This document shows positions 44,570-62,749 of a stretch of 64,000 bases of DNA, piece after piece. Source of the DNA: the human T2T-CHM13v2.0 reference genome, Homo sapiens; the NCBI RefSeq assembly GCF_009914755.1, contig NC_060931.1, one strand, 5' to 3'. The translations under genes were made by a program, and so were the position numbers. Below the pieces are notes generated by a model. The model searched no databases. It had not been told where the DNA came from and saw only the letters and a list, made by a program, of their open reading frames with translations. Each line of letters begins with the position of its first letter. Positions within the stretch are counted from its first letter, which is position 1.

Positions 44570-46607
44570 GAGATGGGGACTAAGGCAGGTACAGCAAAGT
44601 GCTAAGGAGTCCAGATGGGGATAGATGCTACTTCTACTTCTAGCTGCAGGAGACTTCAAGGAGGGGCTGGAGGGATGTATCTTGAGGGATGGATAGCATT
44701 TGATTTTTCTAAGTCTTGGAGAAGAGCATTCTGGGGGCCTGGGGGGAAGGAACAAAAGCATGTTATAAGGAAAGTGCTATGGAAAAGTAATTGGGAACCA
44801 TTCAGTGGGACAGCTCTCGTATGAATTAAGAAATCAAGTGGGAAAAAATATGTTGGGCCACAGCAGGTAGGGACAACCTCATGTTGATAACCCTTTAAAA
44901 AAATTCCAGATGTTTTTATCCATGTTACATGGAGAGAAATATTCACCATTACATGTAATTTACTAATCTTTAAATAATTATCATATACTTACCTCATTTA
45001 TACAACACATTTAACATCTATTAATTTAGTAAATGAGATTTCTCTTAAGCACTGTTGCAAACTGAATCCCTCTTCTCAAGTTTAAAGTAGGAGACTCTTG
45101 GAAATATTTTTCAAAGAGAGGACAAAATATGCCAATAGAACAATGATTATAAAACTGAATAGTATAAAAGTCATTAAAAGGCTAAAACTTTGGAAGTAAA
45201 TTTGTGTCCACATCATGCCTGTCCTGATTCTAATTCTGGTTCTCTTTATGCTTCTGGGTTTTTTCCCTCTTTCATTGCTTCCTTGGGTTATGATTATACT
45301 TAGCCAAGAAAGTCAGGCTTAGCTTCTCAAATGAGCTGCTAATGTTCCAGGATTTAGAGCATGTGAGTCAACTCTGTTATCCATCTGAAGGTTTTCCAGT
45401 TACACATTGTAAGGTACAATGTGTACCTTACAGATGTAAGGTACATCTGAAATAGTCCAAATTACTGACTCAGGCCAATCACATATGCTTTGATTTTTCT
45501 GTGACCTAATCTTTTTCTCAAAATGACCCTGGTCCTCAATGCGTTGTCTTCATAGTCTAATAAACATCTACCTCCCAGTTCTTGTTCTGAAAATCTTTTT
45601 CTTATTTTACTACCAACAGAAAACTGTTTATATAACTGCTTTGGGTCTAATTATAAAGTTAATCTGATTCATTGAAAATACAACTTTTTTTCTCATCTCT
45701 CAACCATTATGACTTGCAACACGGACATTTAAGTCAAGTCTGAGGAGTCTGGATGTTGGTCTATAGGGAATGTTAACCAATGAAAGGCTCTAAGTAAAGG
45801 GTCGCTTCAGGTATGCTTCAGAGTAATCAATCTGGCCTCACAGAGGAAAAGGATTAGAGTAAATGAGCAGGAACCAGGGAGCCAGAGGCCAACTGGGGAG
45901 ACTACCGTCTGGCTGAGGAGTAATTAAGACCTAAAGCAGGGCAATAGCTGTGGGAGCAGAGACATTGGCAGAATGTAGCCACATCATCTGTTTCAAAATC
46001 CCAAATGTGATTTACTCAAGTCTTGTTCAATGAGGGGTAGAGATCAGGCAGTAAAATGACTGTGGTTTTACTGGTACTAACGATGCCAATTTGAGAACAA
46101 TTTTGATAGCTGCTACTTTAGTGACTCAGTGCGCGTTAGAAGAAACGCGCCAAATTACTAACAAAAAAAGCAATGAGCAAGGCAGGAAATGTTTGGATTG
46201 CCCATGTTGCAGTTGTCATGCTAAAACTGCTCCAGTTAATAAGGCATCTGATATGCTGCTTGAATCTTATTTGTACCTTAACTTTGTGGATATAGGATTA
46301 TGATGTGTCTATTATGGAATTTAGCATCCTGATCCCTCCAATTATACTCTTAAAATAACATTCATTTTTTTCTTATTAAAAACATTTTTATATTGTAACG
46401 CATATAACAATTACATTCAAATTTAGAAAACACAGAAAAGTATAATGAAGAAAATAATGATCACTTTTAAACCTACCACACAGAGAAATCTGTTAAAACT
46501 TACCCTTTTAAAATAAGGCTAGGATCAGTATAATTATTTCATCCAGTAATATTTCATTCCTGTAACAGTAAACCGTAGTGCTTTCTCAATCTTTAAATAA
46601 TTTCCTA

Positions 46608-46816
46608 AAACGGGTCAACAAGCTAATCCAGCCTGCCACCTGTTTCTGTAAATAAAGTTTTGTTGGCACAGAGCCATGGCTATTTGTTTATGTACTATCT
46701 ATGGCTGCCTTTGCACTACAAGAGCAAAATCGAATAGTTGTGACAAAGGCAGCACAGCCTGAGGAGCTGGAAATATTTACTATCTGGCTCTTTACAAACA
46801 GTTTGCTAACTCCTGC
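46608..46816. mobile_element. MER58-like hAT-Charlie element
   Basis: cctgtttctgtaaataaagttttgttgg...gtttgctaactcctg. Confidence 0.7.
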
Positions 46817-47059
46817 TTTAAAAGATTATTTTAATGACAGCATATAATTAGATCAAAAGGCAGTTCCCTTGGAGAGTGCACGAGCCAGTGGTTAGAAGCA
46901 CAATGCTGGCGCCAGATTGTCTGGGTTTGTATCCTAGCGCAACCATTTAAGAAATGTATGAGCTTGCCTACCTTATTTCACCTCTCTGTGCCTCAGTTTT
47001 CTCATCTGCAAAATAGGAAAAATAAAAGTGTTATCCTCATAAAGTTGTGATGAAGATGT

Positions 47060-47507
47060 TGTGAGCCCTGTGATGCGCCTCCAGATTTTCCTTTGGTCAT
47101 TAGTGACTTCTTCCTTCAGCTGTGGGAAGTGCTGCCAGTAGACAGCCCTCAGCTGTCAGCTTTCTTTGGGGACTGCCTTACCCGAGGAAATTGCCTCACT
47201 CAAAATCATGCCTCCTCCAAGGGACAGTTCACATTCAATGACACATCCACATAAATGGAATAGTATAAAGGCCTGTGTCCCAGCCCCCAACTCAGGACAA
47301 CTCTGAAGGACCAGTCCAACTCCAGAGTTACCCATGGGCTGGCAGAGGCCTTTTTTGGCATTGCATAGCTGCTCAATCTCCCCCTCTGCCTAATCTCCCT
47401 TCTTCCTCCTCCCATCCTTAGGTGCTGATCCCAACAATACTCCCTAATGAATATGCTACATCCTAGTCTGCATTTTAGAATCTGGTTCCCAGGAAACCTA
47501 ACCTGAG
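47060..47507. mobile_element. LTR16-like ERVL solo LTR inserted in a MIR (~46880-47560)
   Basis: cagccctcagctgtcagc...ctcaggacaactctgaagg...caggaaacctaacctgaga; MIR core on the left flank. Confidence 0.65.
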
Positions 47508-48164
47508 ATAGTATGTTAAATGAGTCTATATTTAAAATCTCTGACACATAGTAGATGCTATATATTTATATAATTTTTTCTTAAATAAACAAATAATCCA
47601 GTGGGAAAGAGTGAAATGGAAATACAAGTTCAAGGAGAAAAAAATAGAACAATGTAAAATTTCCTACAATTGAAGAATAACTTAATCATAAAGTTTTTGT
47701 TAAAAAAATTAATTATATAGATCAAGCAGTGGTTATTGGTTGAGACAATCCACATTGACAACTTTGAAATATTCCAGTGTTAATATTTATTTATTTTTAA
47801 AAATCTTTTTTAAAAAGGTGTACTTTTCTTTTAAATAGTATGTGTATCTATTTGTGGGATACATGAAATCTTTTGATACAGGCATGCAACATGAAATAAT
47901 CCAATGCTAATCTTTAAATACAGGGGACAAACATCAATCAGATTCTCATAACATGTTCAGAGTCTACATAAACTGAATTCTGGACCTAGTTCAATACACA
48001 AGGGAAAGAGAATGACAGTGTAATTACCAATAATTAAACCAAAGGCATAATTTTCCAAATCACTTTTAGTAAGTGAATAAATTCTGACATTTTAAAAGTC
48101 TAAAGCTACATAAAATTCAAAGCAATCAAACTATTTTTCTACCTGAAATTTTTTTTTAATTTCT

Positions 48165-54356
<6,192 letters not shown>

Positions 54357-54860
54357 TAAAAAATATTACAAATCATATACTTGACAACTATGTAAATTTG
54401 TTTTGACAATGTTAGGTGTAATCCCAAAATGCATGAAGAAATGCATTGATTTAAAAAATTTATTTGGGGATATTCTAGAAAAGTTTTTGAAGGCCATTAT
54501 TTTAAGATATCTCTGATCTTCTGATCTTCAACCTATGTGAAAAGATTACCTAAGCCATGGCACATGTTTACAGGGCTTCATTTCAGCTTGATACCTGCCC
54601 AGCCTCCATCTAAAAGCAAAACTTGCTCTCAGGTACAGACTGATTTTGTGCATGTGGAAATAAAAAGAATTGGGATTAGCCAGTCACAGACTTCACAAAA
54701 TGTTCCAGTACTGTAGTAACTGAATTGCTGCCAGGAGCAGCTGTAAATAAGAAAGAAATTCGCTGTCCTTCAACTGCAATCCTTCTGGTTTTAAAACCAC
54801 AACAAAAATCCTCTCCTGGATCACCACAACATAAATGAAGAATCTTAAAAAGAACATCCT

Positions 54861-55162
54861 GGCCAAGCGCAGTGGCTCATGCCTGTAATCCCAGCACTTT
54901 GGGAGGATGAGGCAGGCAGATCACTTGAGGTCAGGAGTTCGAGACCAGCCTGGCCAACATGGTGAAATCCCATCTCTACTGAAAATATAAAAATTAGCCA
55001 GGCATGGTGGCGCATGCCTGTAATCCCAGCTACTCAGGAGGCTGAGGCAGGAGAATCACTTGAACCTGGGAGGCAGTGATTGTGGTGAGTTGAGACTACA
55101 CCACAGCACTCCAGCCTGGGCGACAGAGCGAGGCTCCATCTCAAAAAAACAACAATAAAAAA
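54861..55162 (+). mobile_element. AluS
   Basis: Alu consensus. Confidence 0.93.
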
Positions 55163-57599
55163 ATCCTATTAGGAATACAAAAGCTTAAATTAAAAACAAA
55201 CAAAATACCGAGACTGAACTACAGTGGCCCTAGGATCTATTGTAAAACGCATGTTTAGTAAAGGCAACTAGTGTAATCTCAGACCAGTCTGTCAAGTTCT
55301 CTGCTACGGTTTACTGTTTCCAAAGATACAAAGCACTCACTCAACTCAGTAAATATTTTTTGGATACCTATGCAACAGGTGCTAAAGGAAATCCAAAGTT
55401 CCATGCTAAAAGATTGCTACCTGCAAGGATCTTGGTTTAGTAGAGAAGGGGAATCAGTTTCCAAAAAGACTGAGAAAGGTGTCACTTATTCCTGTGAGGG
55501 GCTTTAGAAGAATTAGTGGCAATATGAAAAAATATATACTTTCACAAAGCTTGAGTGGAAAAGAAAGTTGAAAAAGGGACATTAGCTGGAGGAGGATGTA
55601 GAATAAATACGTTGTTTTAGGATTTATTCAATACATTTTTATTTACCACATTTATTAGGTACTGTTTTACATCCTGGTGATTAAGCAGAGAATAAAATAG
55701 ACAGAGCCCCTCTGTTTTAATTAGGGAATTGGCTAAGCTGCTCTACCAGGTCCAAACAAACAATGATTTTTTAAAGAACAAAGTTTATTTTCTCTTGCAT
55801 AATGGTCCAGAAGTCTGTGGTTGATCCAAGGGAGGAGGTGCCCCAGCTCCCTGAGATTAGTTTGGGACTTAGGCTAGTGAGAACAGCTTTGCCTTCCTTA
55901 ATACATGGCTTCCATTTCCAGTCTGTATTTCTTTTTGCCATTTGCCAGACAGCAAGAAGAGGGAAGAGAAAGTGTATAGCAAGCAGCTTTCCTTTTAAGG
56001 GACATGATCCAGTTCTACTCACATCTTACAGGACATAACTTTTTGATATAGCCTTACCTTGCTGAAAGGGAGGCCAAGGAATGTCATGTCTAAGTAGGTC
56101 ACCAAGTGCCCTGCTCAAATTTGAATGTAGAGTTATTTCCTCTTACTAAAAAGAAAAAAAATACAGAATGAAAACTGGAGATAAGGAGAAGACACAGTCT
56201 AGAAGATAACTATAGGAAAGTAAAGAGATGGCGACGTATGTGAAGTTGTGGTGTCATAAAGACAACAACAAAGGAGCTAATTTATAGGTAGTCAGTGACA
56301 AGTGAGCAGTCTTGAGTAAAGGGAGAGTATGAGTCATGTAGATTTCTGCATTCCAGACAGAGGGAATAGCTAGTGAAGAAGCCCTGAGGCAAGAGCATGC
56401 TTGTCATGTTTAAGGAACAGTGAAGTCACAGGGATAAAAGACAAACCAGAAGAAAGTGATGATATGCAACAAAGTGAATGAGACATGTCAAGAGAGGAAG
56501 TAGTCAAGAACAACAGAAGTTGCAAGAGTGAAGCTTTGGCCATTGAAACTGGCAGCATGGAGCTCACAGGTGACCTTGACAAGTGGCAGTTTCGTGGCAT
56601 GGTGGGCATGAAGGACTGAATGGAGTGAATTCAAGGGAGAGAGGGGGAAGTGGAATTACAGAGAGCAAATATGATCCTCTCCTTTGAAGAGAAAATGGGA
56701 ATAACTTGAGTATGTGTTGAAAGTAAAGAACCAGTAGAAATGGAGAGGCAAAGATACATGGAAGTGAAGTAATTGATGGTGCAAGGTCCCAGAAGAGGAG
56801 ATATACATGGGGTTCCTCCTCTTACTCTTTGTCACCTAAAAGAAGATAAGAATGGTAGTGAATCAAGATGTTGGAGGAGGGAAGGAGGAAGCAGTGGGAG
56901 GTTGTGCAAATTCTAGCTAATAGTTTTAATTTTCTTTTCTGAAGTAGGAGGCAGTGTCATCTCCTGAGTGCAAGCAGAAAAGTTGTCCTCAACTATGTAT
57001 AGTAGGAGTGGATAAGGAAGAGATTTGTATTGATCTGAGGTTTTGTGTGGGGGTTTGAGGCCAGGGTCAAAACCACTGAGAAGATTGGCAAGATAGTGTT
57101 TGGAGTGATGAATACTGTCATGTCTCCTCTCAGTAATACAGCACTTTCTTCAGCCTACATTCTTCTAATGGCAGGATTGGAAAGGCAATACTTTCCCCAA
57201 ACTCATCATCTTATCAAAACCATCTGCCACCAAGATCATCAGGACTAAGCTCATTATGCTGTTTACAGCCATCACCACCACAAGCCCAAGACCACCCACT
57301 TTTAATCATGAACAGACAAGCAAAGACTGTCAGACATCTGAAGACTGCCTCGAGGTCAGACTCGTGACACCTGAGGCAGCACCATTCACTCAGTTTTGGG
57401 AACAAAAAACTTGGAATCCTCTTTCACCGTCATTCACTTGGTCAATCACCAAGCTCTGTTCATCCCGCCTTCTAAATATTCCCCAGGGCCCCCACTTCTC
57501 TCCATGCCCACTCTCCGTGCCACTGGTAACCTGCGTTTCTATCATCCCTCATTCTGATACTCTATCCCTCCAGCTCTCTGCGCAAAAACTGATCATACT

Positions 57600-58013
<414 letters not shown>

Positions 58014-58539
58014 TTAATCTCTCCCCACTTCCTCTGCTCATTCATCCATACCTACTGCCTCCTCACTGCTATGTCCTCTCTCCTGACCCGGCACTTGCTC
58101 TTTCCCAGTCCTAGAAGGCTCTTCTCTTCCAGTTCCCACTGCCCTTTTCCCTTTCCTGGCTAATCCCATACTCATCCTTCTCGTCTCAACCTAGTGGTCC
58201 TTAAGGAAGCTTTGCTGACCCCCGACACCGAGCGGGCGTCCCTCCTGTGTAGCACTGTGTTAGCCCTACCAAGTCAAGGCTCTCCTTGCCTGTTTCCTGC
58301 CGGAACCATGTCTTTTTACTTCACTCCTGTCTCCTCAGCATTCCAGCACAGTGCTGGGTACATAACAGGTGCTCAAGACAAGTTTGTGGAATGACTAATG
58401 AGTGAATAAATCATTAACCAAACACCTTGGATCTCCTACTACATCATTTGCAAAAAAAAAAAAATGTTTAATAGAAATTAAAATGGACCCAGTGAGCTAG
58501 AGTGTGTGACCCTGCTTAAAAACGACAGAGTGGTTCTGA

Positions 58540-59230
58540 GAAGCAGTCCCAGCCTAGGAACCCGGGGATCCGGCCTGTGGACCCACGGGCAGGGCCTGCG
58601 GGGTGCACCGGCGCTTTCGGGCGGAAGGCGGGGCCTCCCGGCCAGTGACCCCGCCCCGAGGCGCCTCCCGGGCGGGGAAGGGCGGGGCTCGCGCTGGGAA
58701 ACTCCCCTTCCAAGGCCGAGGCGCCGCTCCGCGTCCTCCAGGCGTGGTGGTGGGGTCGTGGGTCCCAGCCCAGTGGTCCAGGTCACGGGCCGCACCGCCG
58801 CGGCCGCCATCTTGCCCGCGTCCGGGCTCCTGCGGCGGGCGGGGCGGTGTCCCGGCCGGAAGCGGCTGTGCGGCGGCCGCGCTGCCACCTCAGGTCAGTG
58901 AGCGCGACCCGGTCCGCGTCTCGACTCTCGGGAGCGCCGCGGCCGCAGCGAGGGGCCGGAGATAGCCTAGTTGAAAGGCCCGGGCGTCTCGGCGGGGAGC
59001 GCGTTCCGCGCTGTAGGGTAATCGCGCCGGGCGGCCGGCCGGCTGGCCGGGCCTCAGCGGGAGCCACCGGGGGCTGCGGGCGGCCGTGGGACCTGCGGAG
59101 ACCTCCTCGGGGCGCAGGGAACACGCTACAGCCTTCGCCGCGGCGGGCTTGTGGGGAGCGGCGTCCCAGCCTTTCCCGGGAGGCTCAGCCAGGTGCCTGG
59201 AGCGGGAGAGTCGGACTCAGATTCCTGCTT
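58540..59230. promoter_or_regulatory. MIOS: CpG-island promoter (MIOS; probably bidirectional)
   Basis: Abrupt GC/CpG-rich segment. Several GGGCGG GC boxes, ETS motif CCGGAAG (58856-58862), YY1 motif GCCGCCATCTT (58803-58812). No TATA box. Confidence 0.93.
58700..58893 (+). other. MIOS: MIOS exon 1 (non-coding; 5' end approximate)
   Basis: Donor CAG|gtcagt at 58893 inside the CpG island. Gene identity from synteny with COL28A1 and recalled mRNA leader. Confidence 0.7.
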
Positions 59231-59427
59231 TACCTAGAATAGCAACGTGCCCTGTTCCCGTTGTACCCTCTTAAATACTATACTTCTTAAACGGCCTGTC
59301 TCCCGGTGAGCTCTGTTCTCTTCTCATATGAGTAATGAAAATTAAGAGGATGAATGAAACCTCACACATGTTGTGGACTTTGCTGAATAGGTTAGCAAAT
59401 GACTGCAGGCCTTTTGTATATTTTAAG

Positions 59428-59509
59428 GGAAATTTGGATATGTGCAGTGCATCTCCTCGAAGATGCTGATGGTGGAAATTTCTTGAAACCGCTCTCGTAA
59501 TTTGCCACG
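59428..59509 (+). other. MIOS: MIOS exon 2 (5'UTR, 82 nt)
   Basis: ttttaag|GGAAATTTGG ... TTTGCCACG|gtaaga. Confidence 0.8.
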
Positions 59510-59593
59510 GTAAGAAAAGTAAAAGACAACATCAAAAAGCATGTGGTTGGATACTTTGTACACTGAGTAGTATTTTAATGTGTTGGACTTCAC

Positions 59594-59851
59594 TGTCCAG
59601 TAGCCACATGGGATTGAGATGTGCTATAAGTGTAAAATACACATCGGATTTCCCAGAGTTGGTGCCAAAAAAACGTAAAAATCCTCAATAATTTTTGCAT
59701 TGATTACATATTGAAAGGATAATGCTGTTGATATGTTGGCTAAATAAAATGTGTTTTTAAATTTCATTCCACCTATTTTTACTTTTTAAATGTGGCTACT
59801 AGAAATTTTTAAATCATATGGCTCACACTGTATTTCTTTTGGACAGTGCTG
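59594..59851. mobile_element. MER3-like hAT-Charlie element in MIOS intron 2, overlapping the exon 3 acceptor
   Basis: ctgtccagtagccacatg...aagtgtaaaatacacatcggattt...atgtggctactagaaa...tttcttttggacagtgctg. Confidence 0.75.
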
Positions 59852-59944
59852 TTGCAAATATTCTGGTGAATGAACACAGAATCAGCATGGCTTTCCTTTG
59901 CTGAGAAATCACTGATGGGAAGTGAGACTTGTTAAACTTGAAAG
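59847..59944 (+). other. MIOS: MIOS exon 3 (5'UTR, 98 nt)
   Basis: tttcttttggacag|TGCTGTTGC ... TTGAAAG|gtgagg. Confidence 0.8.
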
Positions 59945-60351
59945 GTGAGGATATAAATACAAGCTGTAATTATTGCAGACCGCACCCCTTCTACACCTAA
60001 TTTTTTAATGTCTCCAAAATTTGGAAAAAACATTAACTTTCAGGGCTGATTAAGGGAATGGTAGTAATACTAACATCTGTGTGATGTGAAGAGCTCATTT
60101 CAGTTGATTGTCACAGCTTTGTGAGATGGAAATGGGATAGATTTTATCTCGGTTTTATGGTTTTGGAGTATTACAAGATTTGTTAGGATCTGAGCTGGGG
60201 AGTGGCTGTAGGATTTCTGACTCTAGATTGTTTTCTTTACACCAGATTCTTGGTGATGTATGTTCATGAGCAAGGAACTGTTTATCCTGTATATTACATG
60301 GTGAAAAAAAATACACTTCTTAAAAGGGTGGACATAGATGCACCTCTCTAT

Positions 60352-60530
60352 ACAGGGCTACTCTTATGATGTGCAACCTGTGCAGTAGCACAGAGCCCAG
60401 CATTTAGAATGGCTAGCACTTAGTTTAATGGCCAGTCTGCTGTCACTGTCTGGACATTGTAAATAATTTTTAAATGAGGGGCCCTGCATTGTTATTTTGC
60501 ACCACGTCCTGCATATCGTGTAGCTGATCC
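60352..60530. mobile_element. MER45-like hAT-Tip100 element
   Basis: cagggc...gtgcaacctgtgcagtagcacagagccc...ggggccctgcatt. Confidence 0.55.
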
Positions 60531-61369
60531 TTTTCTTTGCAGTAATCTAGGACGGAAGTTGAGAGACCTTGGATAACCACCCAAACATCTGGTCTTCACT
60601 TTACTCCTTTGTGAAATTAGAAGATTTAGCTAGTCTTTTTCTCTCAAGTTTTGATTCTGTATGAATTACTGTCATCAGATTTTGTGGATGGCAATAGAAG
60701 TATTTTAGGTGCATAACATGGGAAGAAATGCTGATATTCTCCGTTGAGAGTCATGTAAATCAAAGTTTTAAATTTTACGCTAAAACTCGTATTTTATGTT
60801 TTGTAAGATGGATTTTTCTTTGTGGCATCAAGATTGCTTACCATAGACCATTGGTATAAAGAGTCGGGTTGTGGAATGAAAGCCTAGATAAAAAGTGTGT
60901 TTATTTAAACATTGATTTTTCAATGAGATGGGAAAATGGCCCAGATCTCATGATGTCTCCAATTAAGAGATTTCCTTTGTGGGGGTATGAGTATGAACCC
61001 TTATTTGGCAGTATCTGTTCCTCTTTGCTGTCGTAGCTGCTTCCTGTTACGTGAGGTGCCCCTCTTCCTCCTCATTCTTAAATTTTGAAACTCTTTTTAA
61101 GGTTGGACTTAATTTTATCACTACAGTGCAGGTTTTTTTTAGACCAGAGACTTCATCGGCTCATGTTTGCTGCTGTGTTCCCAGCTTCATAACCATGCCT
61201 AGAACATAGAAGGTGCCCAATCAATAGTCACAGAATAAATGAAAGTATAATAGCAGACATTTAAATCTTGGCCGGAGCCAGCCTCTCCTAGGGAGGGTAG
61301 AAGTGGAAGCATGAGGAAATAGGTAAAACTTGGAGATAGCAGTTGTGAGAACTGTCAGAGGGATCATTC

Positions 61370-61890
61370 AGCACATGCATTTATTTAACAAATGTTTATT
61401 AACTTCCTACTAAGTGCCTAGCACTGTACCGGGGACTAGAGGTACAATGGAACACCAAAAATACTTCACCTGCTCTCATGGAGTGTATAATCCAGTAGAA
61501 GAGACAGAGATGGATGATTAAAGGGAAAGAATACTGTTTAATGACAGTGTATGTCTGAGTAACCAGACCTCGACTAGGGAGGGGATGGAGGGTGGTTGAC
61601 GTCAAGGTTGAGCAGGTATTAACTTGGCCCAGAAGACAGGGAACTGTGCTCTAACCAGAGGAAACATCATTTGCAAAGGTATGGTGATGAGGGAGGAGGG
61701 TATATACTCTAGGAAGTGGAAAGGACAGTGTAAAAGGACAGCAAGAATGTTGTGCCACAAGGCCGGTGCAGTAGGCAGAGACCAAAAGCATTTAGGGTTT
61801 TGTAGGTTATACTAAGAGCAGCTGAAGACCATTAGAGGGTTTTAAGCAAGGAAGGATAGCCTGGTCAAGGTTGTGTTGTAGAAAGATTTT
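61370..61890 (-). mobile_element. L2 fragment
   Basis: catttatttaacaaatgtttattaa...cctgctctcatggag pattern (reverse L2 3' end). Confidence 0.7.
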
Positions 61891-62227
61891 TACTCTGGTA
61901 TTCTATAAAGCAAAATTTCTGAAGGACCAGGGGAAAGATGAATAAAAGAAAAGCCTCCAGCACCACACACCAGATATGTTGTATACCTTAATTTACTGAA
62001 ATCAGTTTTCAGAGGCTTGAGACTATCCTCTGTGTGGTAGCACTTGGAAGCCTGAGTGAGGAGACAAGATGATAAATAATTGGGTTGATCTAGGACTGGG
62101 GAAAGGCAAACCCAAAGTGGCAAGGAAATGAAGACATTGAGGGTGCTAGTAAGAATATTGAAATGATTGATCTTGGGCTTGAGAAATGCTAAAGAAGGAA
62201 ATAAAACCAGTATAAGAATTCCTAAAT

Positions 62228-62749
62228 CAGTGGTCCCCAACCTTTTTGGCACCAGGGACCAGTTTCATGGAAGACAATTTTCTCACGGATGAGGGGTGGG
62301 GGTGTGGTTTCAGGATGATTCAAGCGCATTACATTTATTGTGCACTTTATTTCTATTTACATTGTACTATACAATGAAATAATTATACAACTCACAGTAA
62401 TGTAGAATCAGTGGGAGCCCTGAGCTTGTTTTCCTGCAACTAGATGGTCCCATATGGGAGTGATAGGAGACAGTGACAGATCATCAGGCATTAGATTCTC
62501 ACAAGGAATGCACAACCTAGATCCCTCTCTTGCACAGTTCACAATAGGGTTTGCACTCCTGTGAGAAACTAATGCTGCTATTGATCTGACAGGAGGCGGA
62601 GCTCAGGCAGCAGTGTGTGAGATGAGTGGCTGTAAATAACAGATGACGCTTAGCTCCCTTGCCTGCTGCTCACCTCCTGCTGTGTGGCCTGGTTCCTAAC
62701 AGGCCAGGGAGCAGAACTGGTCTGCGGCCCTGGGAGTTGGGGACCCCTG
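62228..62749. mobile_element. MER1A-like hAT-Charlie element
   Basis: TIRs cagtggtccccaac / gttggggacccctg; near-matching 8-bp TSD tcctaaat/gtctaaat. Confidence 0.85.

Noticed and set aside
58506-59274. Plus-strand CpG-island ORFs as MIOS coding sequence
   Set aside because: Arg/Pro/Gly-rich chance ORFs that cross splice sites. None resembles a WD40 protein; the MIOS CDS starts beyond this window.
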